Of a stretch of DNA of 64,000 nt, positions 12,853-25,188 are shown piece after piece. The position numbers and the translations under genes were made by a program. Source of the stretch: Rebecca billardiae RCC1528. Its lineage: Eukaryota; Protista; Haptophyta. Position 1 is the first letter of the stretch. Each line of letters opens with the position of its first letter. The notes beneath the pieces are model-generated. The model had not been told where the DNA came from. It saw only the letters and a program-made list of their open reading frames with translations, and ran no database searches. The DNA lies in contig OZ251229.1 in the NCBI GenBank assembly GCA_965240325.2, positions 1,364,001 through 1,428,000 on the forward strand. Reading direction: 5' to 3'.

Positions 12853-13203
12853 GCCCTCCTTCCCTCTCCTCTCCCTCTCCCCTCCCTCTCCCTTCCCTCC
12901 CTTCCCTCCCTCTCCCCTCCCTCTCCCCTCCCTCTCCCCTCCCTCTCCCCTCCTCTCCCCTCCCTCTCCCCTCCTCTCCCCTCCCTCTCCCCTCCCTCTC
13001 CCTCTCCCCTCCCTCTCCCCTCCCTCTCCCTCTCCCCTCCTCTCCCCTCCCTCTCCCCTCCCTCTCCCCTCCTCTCCCCTCTCCCCTCCTCTCCCCTCCC
13101 TCTCCCTCCCTCTCCCTCCCTCTCCCCTCCTCTCTCCTCCTTCTCCCCTCCTCCTCCTCCTTCTCCCCCCTCTCTCCCCCTTCTCTCCCCCTTCTCCCCC
13201 TCT
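12853..13203. repeat. Polypyrimidine tract, second copy
   Basis: ~350 bp of C/T only. Confidence 0.95.
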
Positions 13204-13557
13204 GACGCCATCCTTATCCCCGCAAATTAGCCTAAACCCAAAATATTTGCCACAATAGATTGTCCGCGATGGTTCGGGCGGCATGGCAAGTTCGGCAATA
13301 TTATCGAACGCGTTGAATGTTGAGCGCTCGCGGTTCTCGGCTTGGTTACCAACTGACGAACGCACACATCTCCCGACAGTATTTTGCATCTCCTTGCCAC
13401 GCAGATCTGGAGATCGCGGCCTGGGCCTGTTTTGGGGGGGGGAGATCGGAATCACGGGTTGGGGTGGTTCAGCCGTTGGCTCCTTCAATATTCCCACTTA
13501 TAATATCGGTTCGTAACCTCACTCCTCAGCTCACTCTGAGATCGACAGCCACCCGCC

Positions 13558-14526
13558 ATGCACCTACCCACGATTTCTCGCAGGGCCGCGTACGCGGAGT
13601 TGGCGCCGCACGTGCAGAAGCGCGTGCGAGCACTCGTCGCCGCCATCGCGCCCGACGGCCCAAAGACGGACAAGCGCTGGACCGCCGGCATCAAGCCCGA
13701 GTCAATCGTACTCGCGTGCGCATACCTCAGCCGCCTTGTCGCGAGCGTCGACCAGGACTCCAGCCGGAGGGAGGCGGCGAGGCGCTTCGCGGAGCGCACA
13801 GAGCTGCACTTCGCCACGTGCATCCTCATCGCCGACAAGTACTGCAACGACCGCAGCTACGCCAACCTGCTGCAGCTCGTCGCCGACGCTGCGAACCTCG
13901 ACGTGGCGGTGCTTCGCCGCGCGGAGCTCGCGACTTTCAGCATCCTGCTCGACACGTCGGGCCTGAACGTCTCTCTGAGGGAGTTTGAGGCCATGGCGCA
14001 CATCATCTGCGATACGAAGTGGGAGCGCATGGGCCTCGACAGCAGCCTCGCACTGCTCGTGCGCACGGCGAGCTTGCACACGCACGTGCTGCCGGTGGGC
14101 GCCATCGCACAGTCGCTTGTGACCTCCGGCGAGGATGAGCACGGCCTGACGCGCACGTTGCTTTCGGACGCGCTGCAGAGCTTTGGGAACGTCTTCGGCC
14201 GCTTGCGCGTCCCGAGCATGCCGAAGCCCACGGATGACACGGGCAGAACCAGCAGAATGAGCAGCAGCAGTGTCCAGAGCGGCAGCAGCAGCTTGAGCAG
14301 CACTGGCAGCGGCCGCAGCGGGGGTGACAGCCGGGGCCATGGCGGCTGGAGCGCCGCAGACGGCGTCGACGCGTCCAAGCGCGTGGTGCCGGTGGTGACG
14401 AGGCGGACCAACTGGATGCCTCGCAATCTTGCGCCCTCCAGGGCGCTCGCATCGGCTGGCGAGGCGAAGGGCAGCAGCGGCACGGGCGGGAGCGTGCTGC
14501 CAGCGGCGGTGCGGGTGTCCCGTTAA
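13558..14526 (+). CDS. Cyclin-like protein (PHO80/U-type cyclin box)
   Basis: LACAYLSRL...LHFATCILIADKYCNDRSYAN...LRRAELATFSILL matches the Pho80/Pcl cyclin box pattern (A.K..DD..Y.N; LN.LE..F). The tail is Ser-rich. Confidence 0.75.
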   Translation: MHLPTISRRAAYAELAPHVQKRVRALVAAIAPDGPKTDKRWTAGIKPESIVLACAYLSRLVASVDQDSSRREAARRFAERTELHFATCILIADKYCNDRSYANLLQLVADAANLDVAVLRRAELATFSILLDTSGLNVSLREFEAMAHIICDTKWERMGLDSSLALLVRTASLHTHVLPVGAIAQSLVTSGEDEHGLTRTLLSDALQSFGNVFGRLRVPSMPKPTDDTGRTSRMSSSSVQSGSSSLSSTGSGRSGGDSRGHGGWSAADGVDASKRVVPVVTRRTNWMPRNLAPSRALASAGEAKGSSGTGGSVLPAAVRVSR

Positions 14527-14579
14527 AATCGTCGTCATCAAATCACAGTCGTGTGTTTGTCAAATACCATCTGCTGCTA

Positions 14580-14626
14580 TCTCGCCTGCCTGGCTGTGTG
14601 CGTCTCTTATTCTTAGTCGTAAACTG
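14580..14626 (-). mobile_element. Solo TIR of the family T (Tc1/mariner-like) MITE
   Basis: TA-TCTCGCCTGCC...GTAAACTG-TA, with small indels relative to the other copies. Confidence 0.75.
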
Positions 14627-15147
14627 TAGCTGATTAATATAGCAGTACAGACACGGTCGGTATTTCAGTAGTACTAAGAGTACACGCACTGCCACTAGTA
14701 ATATCGCCGACGCCTGCTGGTGTGCTGCGCTGAGTCGGATGAGGCTCAGAGGCGGCTGTGTCAATAAGGCTCCGGCTGTCAGGTTATTGACCCCCTAAGC
14801 ACTAAGCAGACGAGTCCGCCCGGATTCCGATCAACTGCTTACTCATAGTTACCGTCTAAAACTGTCTTCCGTACCGCCTACCGGTCACCGGGCCACCTAA
14901 ACCTTATTCTAGCTTAGTCCCGCGGGCCCGCGGGCGCGGGGTGCCAGTGGACGGTTGGTCTCAGATGACCCGCCGATCATTGACGTACGATTACTATAGT
15001 ATATACGATGGTTGGCGATATAATCGTCATAATAATATAATAATATATGACCGCGTTCCGCGGTCCTTCCGTAGAACCAACGCAGTTAGGGGCCCGCGGT
15101 GCACCCTCCGTCGGCTGCTCGGCTGCTCAATGTCGTATGAAGATTTA

Positions 15148-17282
15148 TGGCCCGCGGTGCAGGGCGGAGCGCGTAGCGTGGAGCCCCACCGGGGGCCCTC
15201 ACTACGTTGTCAAAAAGATCTTTTGATCAAAGAAAAGGGGACGGGGGACGATTTTTAGGGTTGTTGGAGGGTGAGTTTTCGATATTTTGAGGGGTACGGT
15301 ACAATGCTGTCCATCCCAAGCTTAAAAGGCCGCGCCCGGGTCATTTCGCGTATGTCGTTGGACGGCCGTCACTTTGTCAGTAAACGAATCTGCGCCATTG
15401 TGGTAATGCCCGGGGCCGGACTCCGCCCAGCACCAGACAACAGTGATCCACTCCGGACTGGGCGGTCCGGCGATCGCTCCCCGCGGAGTCGATGACCAGT
15501 GGACCTCTCGACCCGCAGTCAAACGCCGGCGACGCGGCGCGGGCGCGCAAGACAGATCAGAAATCCTGATTCCTGGACGCGCACGCGAACCGGCTCGGCA
15601 TGCGGAACGCGTTGATGCGCTTGGGGACGCACGACATCGGGCCGTTCTGAAACGACACCGGGCGAAACTCTACCGCGTGCACGCGCGGACCGGCGGACCG
15701 CAGGCCGCGGCGTGACGACTGCGACACTGCGCGACGCGAAGGAGCAGGTGCTGGCGCCGCAGATGGCGGTGCGGGCGTTCTGCCCGAGCTGCAACAACCC
15801 GCTGCTCTCGGGCCAGGTGCATCAGCGCATCCAGGACCGCCGCTGCCACGTGCTAACCAAGGTGGTGGGCAATAAGTTGCGTGCGCAAGACACTACGCGA
15901 CCGTGTGCGAGCAAGGCGTGCCAAGATGATCGACACGGCGAAGCAGGTGGTGATCGAGGCGCTGAGCCTGATCATGGTGAGGCGCATCTTCTCGACCTGC
16001 CCGACGCGCAGACCACGCAGGCGTCGCTTCCGGGCGCGTGGGACTCGCGCACCAAGACGGTGTGGCGCGTGGACCCTGTCGCCAAGGCGGTCAACTCCGC
16101 CTGGCCGCTGGAGGTGGTCGCTCGCCGCGCCTGGCCAAGCTGGTGCACGAGGGGCCAGCTGATGGCGGCGGTGGTGCCACCGATGAAGCTGATCTTCGTG
16201 CAGCGCAAGGACGCGTCGGGCCCGTTCTCCCACGTGCTCAAGATCGTCTTCCGCGTCGCGACGATGAGCGTGGCGGCCCCTGACAACCTGCAGCTGCCGG
16301 CGTCGCTGCTCTGTGCGCGGCGCGCGCGCGCGCGTGCGCGCGCGACGGGCACGTGGCGCGCCGACCAGCCGTACGGCGCTGACTGTTGACGCACCTCGCG
16401 CATGCGCTACCCCGGCCGCGCCGCCGCCGCCGCCGCGCAGGCATGCTCTCGTAGGAGGAGACGGCGGAGCTGCGCGCACACATGGCCGCGCGCGGCTCTC
16501 GGTCGGACGGTCGGCGATCACGGGCGCGCTGCCGGCCCGGCGCGCCGCTGAACGACGAGTAGGCCGCGCTGGAGGAGTACGTCCGCCGCCGCGCTCCGCC
16601 TGCGCGAGCAGCGCTCCGCCGCGCCCGACCCGCTGGCCGAGCAGCTGCGCAGCGACCGCGCCATCGCAGAGCAGCTGCAGCGCGAGGAGATGGCGGCACG
16701 CGCGGGCGGCGCGCCCGTGACGCTGCACTCGGCCGAGGTCGACGAGGACGCGCAGATGGCGCTGGCGCTGCTGCTCGTGTGCGAGGCGTGCGACCAGGAC
16801 ACACGCGCGCTGCGCAACGCTGAGCGCCGGATCCGTTTTCGGCGCCGTAAGGTACGCAAGGCGCTGGCAGCGGAGCGCACCGGGGCGGCGGCGCATGCGC
16901 GCACGCGGCGCGCTCGCGGTCGATGCGCGGCAACTCCAACCGCCTCGGCAAGCGCACGCAGCGGGACGATGGCGGCGCCGCGGCGGCGGGTGCGATGAAC
17001 AAATCGGACGAGCGCGCCAAGTCCCGACGCATCGCCAACGCCGCCAAGCTGTTCGAGGACATGGACGGCGACGAGATCGCGGCCGCGGCGCACGCGGCGG
17101 GCAAGCTGGACTGCCAACTTGCGACGCGTCTCGCAGACTGCCACTGCCACTGGGCCTGGCCCATTATAAATCTTCATACGACATTGAGCAGCTACGACAT
17201 TGAGCAGCCGAGCAGCCGACGGAGGGTGCACCGCGGGCCCCTAACTGCGTTGGTTCTACGGAAGGACCGCGGAACGCGGTCA
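15148..17282 (+). mobile_element. Family H element, inner copy (2135 bp), in opposite orientation
   Basis: A|TGGCCCGCGGTGCA ... TGCACCGCGGGCC (17227-17239) ... GACCGCG-GAA-CGCGGTC-A|T. Confidence 0.88.
15712..17160 (+). pseudogene. Frameshifted coding-like cargo in the family H element (second copy at ~17290-18735, minus strand)
   Basis: Protein-like segments (AFCPSCNNPLLSG; MKLIFVQRKDASGPFSHVLKIVF; ANAAKLFEDMDGDEI) lie in different frames. Indels differ between the two copies. Confidence 0.5.
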
Positions 17283-19512
17283 TAATGGGCCAGGCCCAGT
17301 GGCAGTGGCAGTACTTCTGCGAGAGACGCGTCGCAAGAGTTGGCAGTCCAGCTTGCCCGCCGCGTGCGCCGCGGCCGCGATCTCGTCGCCGTCCATGTCC
17401 TCGAACAGCTTGGCGGCGTTGGCGATGCGTCGGGACTTGGCGCGCTCGTCCGATTTGTTCATCGCACCCGCCGCCGCGGCGCCGCCCTCGTCCCGCTGCT
17501 TGCGCTTGCCGAGGCGGTTGGAGTTGCCGCGCATCGACCGCGAGCGCGCCGCGTGCGCGCATGCGCCGCCGCCCCGGTGCGCTCCGCTGCCAGCGCCTTG
17601 CGTACCTTACGGCGCCGAAAACGGATCCGGCGCTCAGCGTTGCGCAGCGCGCGTGTGTCCTGGTCGCACGCCTCGCACACGAGCAGCAGCGCCAGCGCCA
17701 TCTGCGCGTCCTCGTCGACCTCGGCCGAGTGCAGCGTCACGGGCGCGCCGCCCGCGCGTGCCGCCATCTCCTCGCGCTGCAGCTGCTCTGCGATGGCGCG
17801 GTCGCTGCGCAGCTGCTCGGCCAGCGGGTCGGGCGCGGCGGAGCGCTGCTCGCGCAGGCGGAGCGCGGCGGCGGACGTACTCCTCCAGCGCGGCCTACTC
17901 GTCGTTCAGCGGCGCGCCGGGCCGGCAGCGCGCCCGTGATCGCCGACCGTCCGACCGAGAGCCGCGCGCGGCCATGTGTGCGCGCAGCTCCGCCGTCTCC
18001 TCCTACGAGAGCATGCCTGCGCGGCGGCGGCGGCGGCGCGGCCGGGGTAGCGCATGCGCGAGGTGCGTCAACAGTCAGCGCCGTACGGCTGGTCGGCGCG
18101 CCACGTGCCCGTCGCGCGCGCACGCGCGCGCGCGCGCCGCGCACAGAGCAGCGACGCCGGCAGCTGCAGGTTGTCAGGGGCCGCCACGCTCATCGTCGCG
18201 ACGCGGAAGACGATCTTGAGCACGTGGGAGAACGGGCCCGACGCGTCCTTGCGCTGCACGAAGATCAGCTTCATCGGTGGCACCACCGCCGCCATCAGCT
18301 GGCCCCTCGTGCACCAGCTTGGCCAGGCGCGGCGAGCGACCACCTCCAGCGGCCAGGCGGAGTTGACCGCCTTGGCGACAGGGTCCACGCGCCACACCGT
18401 CTTGGTGCGCGAGTCCCACGCGCCCGGAAGCGACGCCTGCGTGGTCTGCGCGTCGGGCAGGTCGAGAAGATGCGCATCACCATGATCAGGCTCAGCGCCT
18501 CGATCACCACCTGCTTCGCCGTGTCGATCATCTTGGCACGCCTTGCTCGCACACGGTCGCGTGTCTTCACAGTCTTGCCCACCACCTTGGTTAGCACGTG
18601 GCAGCGGCGGTCCTGGATGCGCTGATGCACCTGGCCCGAGAGCAGCGGGTTGTTGCAGCTCGGGCAGAACGCCCGCACCGCCATCTGCGGCGCCAGCACC
18701 TGCTCCTTCGCGTCGCGCAGTGTCGCAGTCGTCACGCGGCCTGCGGTCCGCGCGTGCACGCGGTAGAGTTTCGCCCGGTGTCGTTTCAGAACGGCCGCCC
18801 GATGTCGTGCGTCCCCAAGCGCATCAACGCGTTCCGCATGCCGAGCCGGTTCGCGTGCGCGTCCAGGAATCAGGATTTCTGATCTGTCTTGCGCGACAAG
18901 TGCGCGCGCGCCCGCGCCGCGTCGCCGGCGTTTGACTGCGGGTCGAGAGGTCCACTGGTCATCGACTCATCGCGGGGAGCCCGGACCGCCCAGTCCGGAG
19001 TGGATCACTGTTGTCTGGTGCTGGGCGGAGTCCGGCCCCGGGCATTACCACAATGGCGCAGATTCGTTTACTGACAATGTGACGGCCGTCCAACGACATA
19101 CGCGGAATGACTCTGGGCGCGGCCTTTTAAGCTTGGGATGGACAGCATGTACCGTACCCCTCAAAAAATCGAAAACTCATCACCCTCCAACAACCCTAAA
19201 AATCGTCCCCCGTCCCCTTTTCTTTGATCAAAAGATCTTATTTTGACAACGTAGTGAGGGCCCCCGGTGGGGCTCCACGCTACGCGCTCCGCCCTGCACC
19301 GCGGGCCATAATCGATATATATATATGGATTATGGTCGTCGCCGCCTGGCACTCCACACACAGGTCACAGCACGGTCGGGCAGCGCCATGGGCATGCGGG
19401 CTTCATTGAAGTGCCGTACAGTAGTATAACTCACTCTTTCGAGTCACGGGGCAGTGGCGGCAGTAACTCCTGAGTAAGCCAAGGGCCGGAGTGCTCAGGA
19501 GGCACTCAGGCA

Positions 19513-20499
19513 CTAGGCAGACGCTCCGCCAGAGGCCGACAGGCGGTCGAGGGCGCTCGCCACAGCCGGGAGTACAGACGTCTCCCAGCCCAGGTCGGTG
19601 AGGAAGTGGCCCTGGGCGGACACCATGTGGGGAGCCGACGACGAGGCCTGGGCCGCTGCCCATGTGCGCGCAGTCATGCGCACGAGGCGCGGCGGCACTA
19701 TGCGGTCCGCCTCCGCGCCCACCACCTGCACCGCGGCCATCGGGTCGCGCCCGCCTGAGGCCGGGCGCCCGAGGCACCCGCACGAGTAGAAAAGGAACTC
19801 GAGGACCATCAGGAACGACTCGACGCGCGCAAGGCCGGCGTGATACGTTGCAAACGGGACGGTGCGGCCGCCCACGCTCACGTCCGCAAACGTGCGGCTG
19901 TGGAAGCCGGCGGCGAGCGCGCGCTGCTGCGAGCGGAAGCAGCGCCCGCCGCCGACCAGCGCGGCCGGGTTGAGCGTGAGGAGGACAAGGATCATCCCGA
20001 CGGGAAGCACGCATAGCAGCCGCAGCAGGAAGTACGCGTACGCCGCGACGGAGGTGACAGGCACCGGGCAGAGCAACAGCGCGCGCGTTGGGTGCCGCTC
20101 GCCGGCTCCCCGACCGCGGTGTGCGCCCACGCGGTGGGGTCGGCGCGCGAGGACGGCCTGCACAAGGGCACCCCCGTACGAGTGGCCAACGAGGATGGGC
20201 GTCTCGGGCAGCGACGCGCACACCTCCTCAATCTGCCTGCAGTAGCTGCCGACTGAAGAGCACGTGCCCTTGGCAAGACGCACGGGGACGGAGCTGTAGC
20301 CCGCCTCTGCGAGGCGCTCCATGTAGCCACGGAAGCAGTCTCCGGAGTCGTGCGTCGCGCCGGGCACCCACACGAGATAGGCGCGGTGCTGATTGCGTGC
20401 AGGCACCATCGCCATTGCGTCGACGCTGAACGCGATGGCTGCCACCGCCGGCTGGGAGTCGGGCAGTCCGACCAGTTCCGTTCGGGATCCACCGGCCAT
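19513..20499 (-). CDS. Alpha/beta-hydrolase fold protein
   Basis: Nucleophile elbow ILVGHSYGG, acid motif VGAEADRIV, His motif QGHFL, oxyanion region VWVPG. Confidence 0.85.
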   Translation of the reverse strand: MAGGSRTELVGLPDSQPAVAAIAFSVDAMAMVPARNQHRAYLVWVPGATHDSGDCFRGYMERLAEAGYSSVPVRLAKGTCSSVGSYCRQIEEVCASLPETPILVGHSYGGALVQAVLARRPHRVGAHRGRGAGERHPTRALLLCPVPVTSVAAYAYFLLRLLCVLPVGMILVLLTLNPAALVGGGRCFRSQQRALAAGFHSRTFADVSVGGRTVPFATYHAGLARVESFLMVLEFLFYSCGCLGRPASGGRDPMAAVQVVGAEADRIVPPRLVRMTARTWAAAQASSSAPHMVSAQGHFLTDLGWETSVLPAVASALDRLSASGGASA

Positions 20500-20517
20500 G
20501 GGATATCCCGGATGGTA

Positions 20518-20545
20518 CTGTGCGTCTCTTATTCTTAGTAAACTG
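20518..20545 (-). mobile_element. Truncated solo TIR of family T
   Basis: TA-CTGTGCGTCTCTTATTCTTAGTAAACTG-TA. Confidence 0.7.
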
Positions 20546-21306
20546 TACCAGTACGTTCGCAATTTCCCGCGGCGGGAATGCGGGAATGCGCCAATGCGGG
20601 ATCCCCCGGCGGAGGGCGCGGAGGCGTACTCGAGCTCGCCGACCTCCCTCCCAAGGTAGTTGAGCCGATCGTGTCCACAACCGCGCGCCTACCCGACCTT
20701 GTCGTCCTTAACGTCACCGCGCGCCTCTTGCATGGCGCGCCGGTCAGGGGCGGCTGCTCACTGCTGGTCTGCTGGCGCGCGTTGCGCATGCGCTGTGCAT
20801 GCGTGCGCATGCGGGTGGCAGGAGCGTGCGCGACCGGCGGAGCTGCTGCCAGATGTGCGCATGTGGATCGCAGTCCGCAGAGCCAGTGCACACTTGGCGC
20901 TAGTGCACATGAGCGCAGGCAAAGTGCTCAGCCTCGGGCTGGACGATGCGGGCGGCGTGCGCATCATCCGGAGTGATGCGGCGCAGCCTGTGACGGTCGT
21001 GTGATAGACCCGCGACGGTCCAACGACGGCTTATTGAATCACTTCATTCTTCAATCATCCATTAAGTGCGGCAGCAGCGACGGGCTCGGCCCGCCGGCCG
21101 CGGCCGGGCTGGGCCGGGACCGAACTTGCGCGCGGCGGACCCAGTCCCATTCTACTGTATGCCTACGTACTGTTCTACTTGAGTACTGTATTGCCTTTAA
21201 CGACTTACGACACCGGTCCGACCGGACACGCAGGTTAAATCTACAAAATGCGTTACTGTGAATCATAAATAATGATGACGCGCCGCGTGCCGCCGCTGCC
21301 CGCTAG

Positions 21307-23706
21307 CTAGCTACTCGTCGTCGTGGCGGATGTGCCGTCGGCGATGGCACGAGTCTCCGATGGCGCCGTCGCATGGTCTGCGCACGGCGCCGCCGCGCCC
21401 GCCGCCTTGGGCTCGGCGCCGCTCGACGGCTCGTCGCCCTGGCCACCGCCGCTGCCGCCGCTGCGTGCCTCCGGCGCACGCTCGGCCGCGGCGGCGACGG
21501 CGGGCGCGCCGCTCGCCGCCGGCGCGTGCCCGGTGCGCACGAGCTGCTCGAAGTACTCCTGCGCGTGTGCGAGCGCGCCCTCCTCCCGGAAGGTGGCACA
21601 CAGCAGCGGCGCCGCCGCAGCGGGCGAGCGGCGCGCGTGCCGCAGGAAGTCGACGAGGTACTGCGGCTGCGCGGCAGGCAGGCACGCGCGCGGCGCGGGC
21701 GGGGCACGGCAGCCGTGAGTGAGGCGCGCTGGGCGCCGGGGCCGGGCCGGCTGGGCGCGGGGCTCGGCATGCCGCCCCCCCTCTCGGCGGCGCGCAGACC
21801 CGGCGCGCCGTGCGCGCGTGCTGCGCGCGCGCCGTGCTGCGCGCGCGTACGGAGAGGTGCTGAGCCATGATCTGGCAGTTGACAGGGCTGCGGTAGCAGC
21901 AGCAGATCAGCGCTGGGAGCAGCAGCTGCAGGCGGGAGGCGGAGCCGCGCCGCGCGCAGGGGCGCGCGAGGCCGCGCGTGAGCGCGCCGTCCCGCGGGCC
22001 GGGGAGCGCCGGCGGCGCAGCAGCGCGGCAGCACAGCCGCTCGTCAGCGCTCGAGCGCGCGCCCGGCCCTCTGCCGCGCGCGGCGGCGCCGCCCGTGGGC
22101 TCTGCGCGCGGTGGTGCGCGCGCGCGGTGGGCGCGCGCGCCGCACACCACGCACCTTCTTGAGCTCGGGCGTGAGCAGGCACTCGAGGGGCAGCTCGCAC
22201 AGCCGCTGCACAAACGAGGAGCGCGCGTGGCCCCAGCGCCAGCGCGCGCACTCCTGCAGCGGAGTGCAGCCGTGCACCGCCGTCCCCACGACGTGCATCA
22301 GCGCGGCGAAGAGCAGCGCCGAGGCGGCGGGCGCGGCGCCGTCCGCGCGCCGCGCACCCGCGCCGCCGCCGCCTGCGCACCCGCCGGCCGCGCTCGCCTT
22401 GATCGCGAGCGCGCAGCTCGGCGCCAGCAGCAGGTGCGACCCATGGAACCAGGCGGCGAGGGCTGACTGCCGCTGCAACGCGCCCTGCAGCAGACGCGGC
22501 CAGCGCTCGCCGACGGTGGCGAGCGCGCGCACGATCGCGTGCGCGGCCGGCAGCACCGCGGAGGTCTCGTCGGCGGGGCCGGGCGGGGCGCGCGCGCCGC
22601 TCGGCTCCCGCGCGCCGCTGCGCCCGCCCCGCCCCGAGTAGAGCAGCGAAGGCAGCAGGCCGCACAGCGCAGACAGTGCGCCGCTCCGGAGCTCGGCGGT
22701 GACGGCGGTGTCGTCAGCGGCGGCCGATGGCACGGCCGAGGGCGTGGGCGGTGCGCTCGGCGGGCGGTGCTGCGGCGCGCTCCCGGCGCCGGTGGCGTGG
22801 GGCGCAGCCGCGCGCGTGGGCGAGAGCCCCGCGCACTCCGAGCGCACCGCGCCGCGCGCGCTTGAAGCCTGCGCGAGCGCGCAGCCGTGCGCCGCCGCCG
22901 CGGCCGCGAGCGCGGGCGGTGGCGTCGGCTCGTGCGCCGCGGCCGCGGCCGGCGTCGCGCAGTGCGCCGTGCCGGGCGCGGACGAGCAGGGCGAGGCGGT
23001 GGCCGAGCCCAGCTGCAGCGGCGGCACGCTCGGCCGGACGAGCGGCGGCGCAGCCGCTGGAGGCGGCTCGGCCGCGGGCGCGCGCGTCCGCAGCGCGGCC
23101 GCGAGCGCCGCGACGCGCGCGCACTCGTCTGCGAGCGCGCGGCTGTCACGAGCGGCCGGCGCGCCGCCGAGCTGCGCCGCGGGCCGCTCCGGCCAGCCGT
23201 GGCCCTCGCCGGGGCTGAGGGGCAGCGGCGCGACCTGCGGCGGCGGCGATGGCGCCAGCCCGGCCTCGGCTTCCGCCGCGGCCGCCGCGCGCGGCGCCGA
23301 CGGCGGCGCGGCGGCCGCGGCCGGGCCGGCAGTCGGCTGCTCAGACGGCGGCGGCGCGGCTCGGCCCGCGGCGGCGTGGGAGCCTCGTTGGGGCGCCTCT
23401 GGCGTGCAGCCGACCTCGACGAGCACGCCGAGGAAGCCGAGCGCCGCCTCGGCCACGCCGAGCCTGCCGCTCTCGATCCCGCGCGCGGCGGACGCGCTCG
23501 CCGCGCCGCCGCCGCCCGCGCCGCCCTCCCTCTGCGCGCGCACAGCGTGTCCGTTTGTGAGCGCGAGCTCGAGCGCGGCCGCCCAGCAGCCGCTGAGCAC
23601 CGCCAGCGTTGACAGCGATGCGCACAGCTGCGCCGCCGCCGCCGCGTCCGCAACATCCGCCGAGCCGGCGGCGCCGAGCGCGCCGCGGCCCCGTGTCGAG
23701 GGGTCG

Positions 23707-23748
<42 letters not shown>

Positions 23749-25101
23749 GCTGCAGGCTGCCCCGCGTCTGCGCTGGCGGCAGCGCTGGACGCGGTGGCGG
23801 CGGCGGTGGCGGCGATGGCGGAGGTGAGGACTTGCAGCAGCGCGCGAGAGCCCTCGTATGCGCCGCCCCCACCGCCGCCGCCGTGCTCGGCGGCGCGCTC
23901 GGCCGAGATGGCGTGCGGCAGCAGCTCGAGCAGCGGCAGCACGCACCCGCCGCGCACGAGCGCGCGCGCGTTGGCGCGCGCCGCGCACGCCGCGCGCAGC
24001 GCGCGCAGTGCCGCCAGCTGCAGCGCGCTGAGCGCACGCGCGGCGCCGCCGCCGCCGTCGTGCGCCGCGTGCGCAAAGCCGCACGTCGCCGCGCGCGCGA
24101 GCACGTAGAGGGCGTCGGTGGGCGCGAGCCTCGCCAGCTCTGCGCTCGGCAGCTGCTCGAGCGCGGCGCTCACCTCGAGCAGCTTGGCGCGCGCGCGGCC
24201 GGTGGCGTCGTCAGACGTGGGGTCGCGCGCGCCCAGCTCGCTCAGCAGGCGGCCCGCGCGCCCCGCGCACGCGCCGTCCGCGCCGACGGGCGGGCGCGGC
24301 GGGAAGGCGCGGCGCGCGGCGGGCGAGGCGCCTGCGCCCACATCTGCGCCCGCGACCGCGCCGCCGTCCGCGCCGCCGCCGCCGCCGAGCGCGGCGGCAG
24401 CGTCCTCCGCCGCCGTGCGTGCGAGCGCGGCGCTCAGGCGCGCGCGCACCTTGCGCGCGCGCCTGCGCGCCGCCTCGCGCCTTCGCTGCTCCTGCCTCTC
24501 GTCCGCCTGCGCCTGCGCCTGGCGCTGCAGCGTCGGCGTCGGCCGTGTGGGCTCGAGCGCGATCACCGCGCCCTCGCGGAACGAGGCGGCCGCCGCCTCG
24601 TCGAGCGCGGCGGTGGCGTCGCGCATCGCCCCCAGATGGCGCTTGGCGGCCAGGTGCGCCGCCAGCATCTCAGCGGTCAGAATCTCGAGATCGCACGCGC
24701 GGCAAAAGTACTTGGTCCGGACGGGCGAGCGGGGTCCGGTGGAGGCGCCGCCGTGCGCCGCGCCGCCGCGCCGCCTGCCGCCGCCCGCGCCGCCCGAGCC
24801 GCCGCCGCCGCGGGTGGGCGACGCGCCGCCCGAGAGCGCGCCGGAGCAGCAGCCGGCTGCGCCCTCGTCTCGGCCCGACGCGGCGCCGCCCTCGCGCCCA
24901 GAGGCGGCGCCCGCGTCCGCGCCGTCCCAGGCGGTGCCCACGCTGTCGCAGCCGTCCGTGGTGGGGACGAGCCCGTCGTCCGCGCCCGCGTGCGCCCGCG
25001 CCGCGCTGCCGTGCGCGCCCGCGCTCGCCGGGCCGGTGGGCGTGGCGCCGGACGTGTCGGACGCGCCCGGACTCAGGCAGTGGAAGGCTCCACCCGTCAC
25101 C

Positions 25102-25188
<87 letters not shown>

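Larger units (their letters stand above)
10116..13252. mobile_element. 3138-bp element, copy 2 of a tandem dimer
   Basis: The ORF track is identical at offset 3138. Visible differences are confined to the CT tract. Confidence 0.75.
15048..19308 (-). mobile_element. Family H element, outer copy, interrupted by the inner copy
   Basis: 5' end at 19308 and 3' hairpin end at 15048. Removing 15148-17282 restores AGATTTATAATGGGCC, exactly as in the inner copy. Confidence 0.85.

Noticed and set aside
15712-16389. Fanzor/TnpB or transposase in family H (CPSC motif)
   Set aside because: No RuvC (D-E-D, DRD.NAA), HUH or DDE motifs are recognisable.
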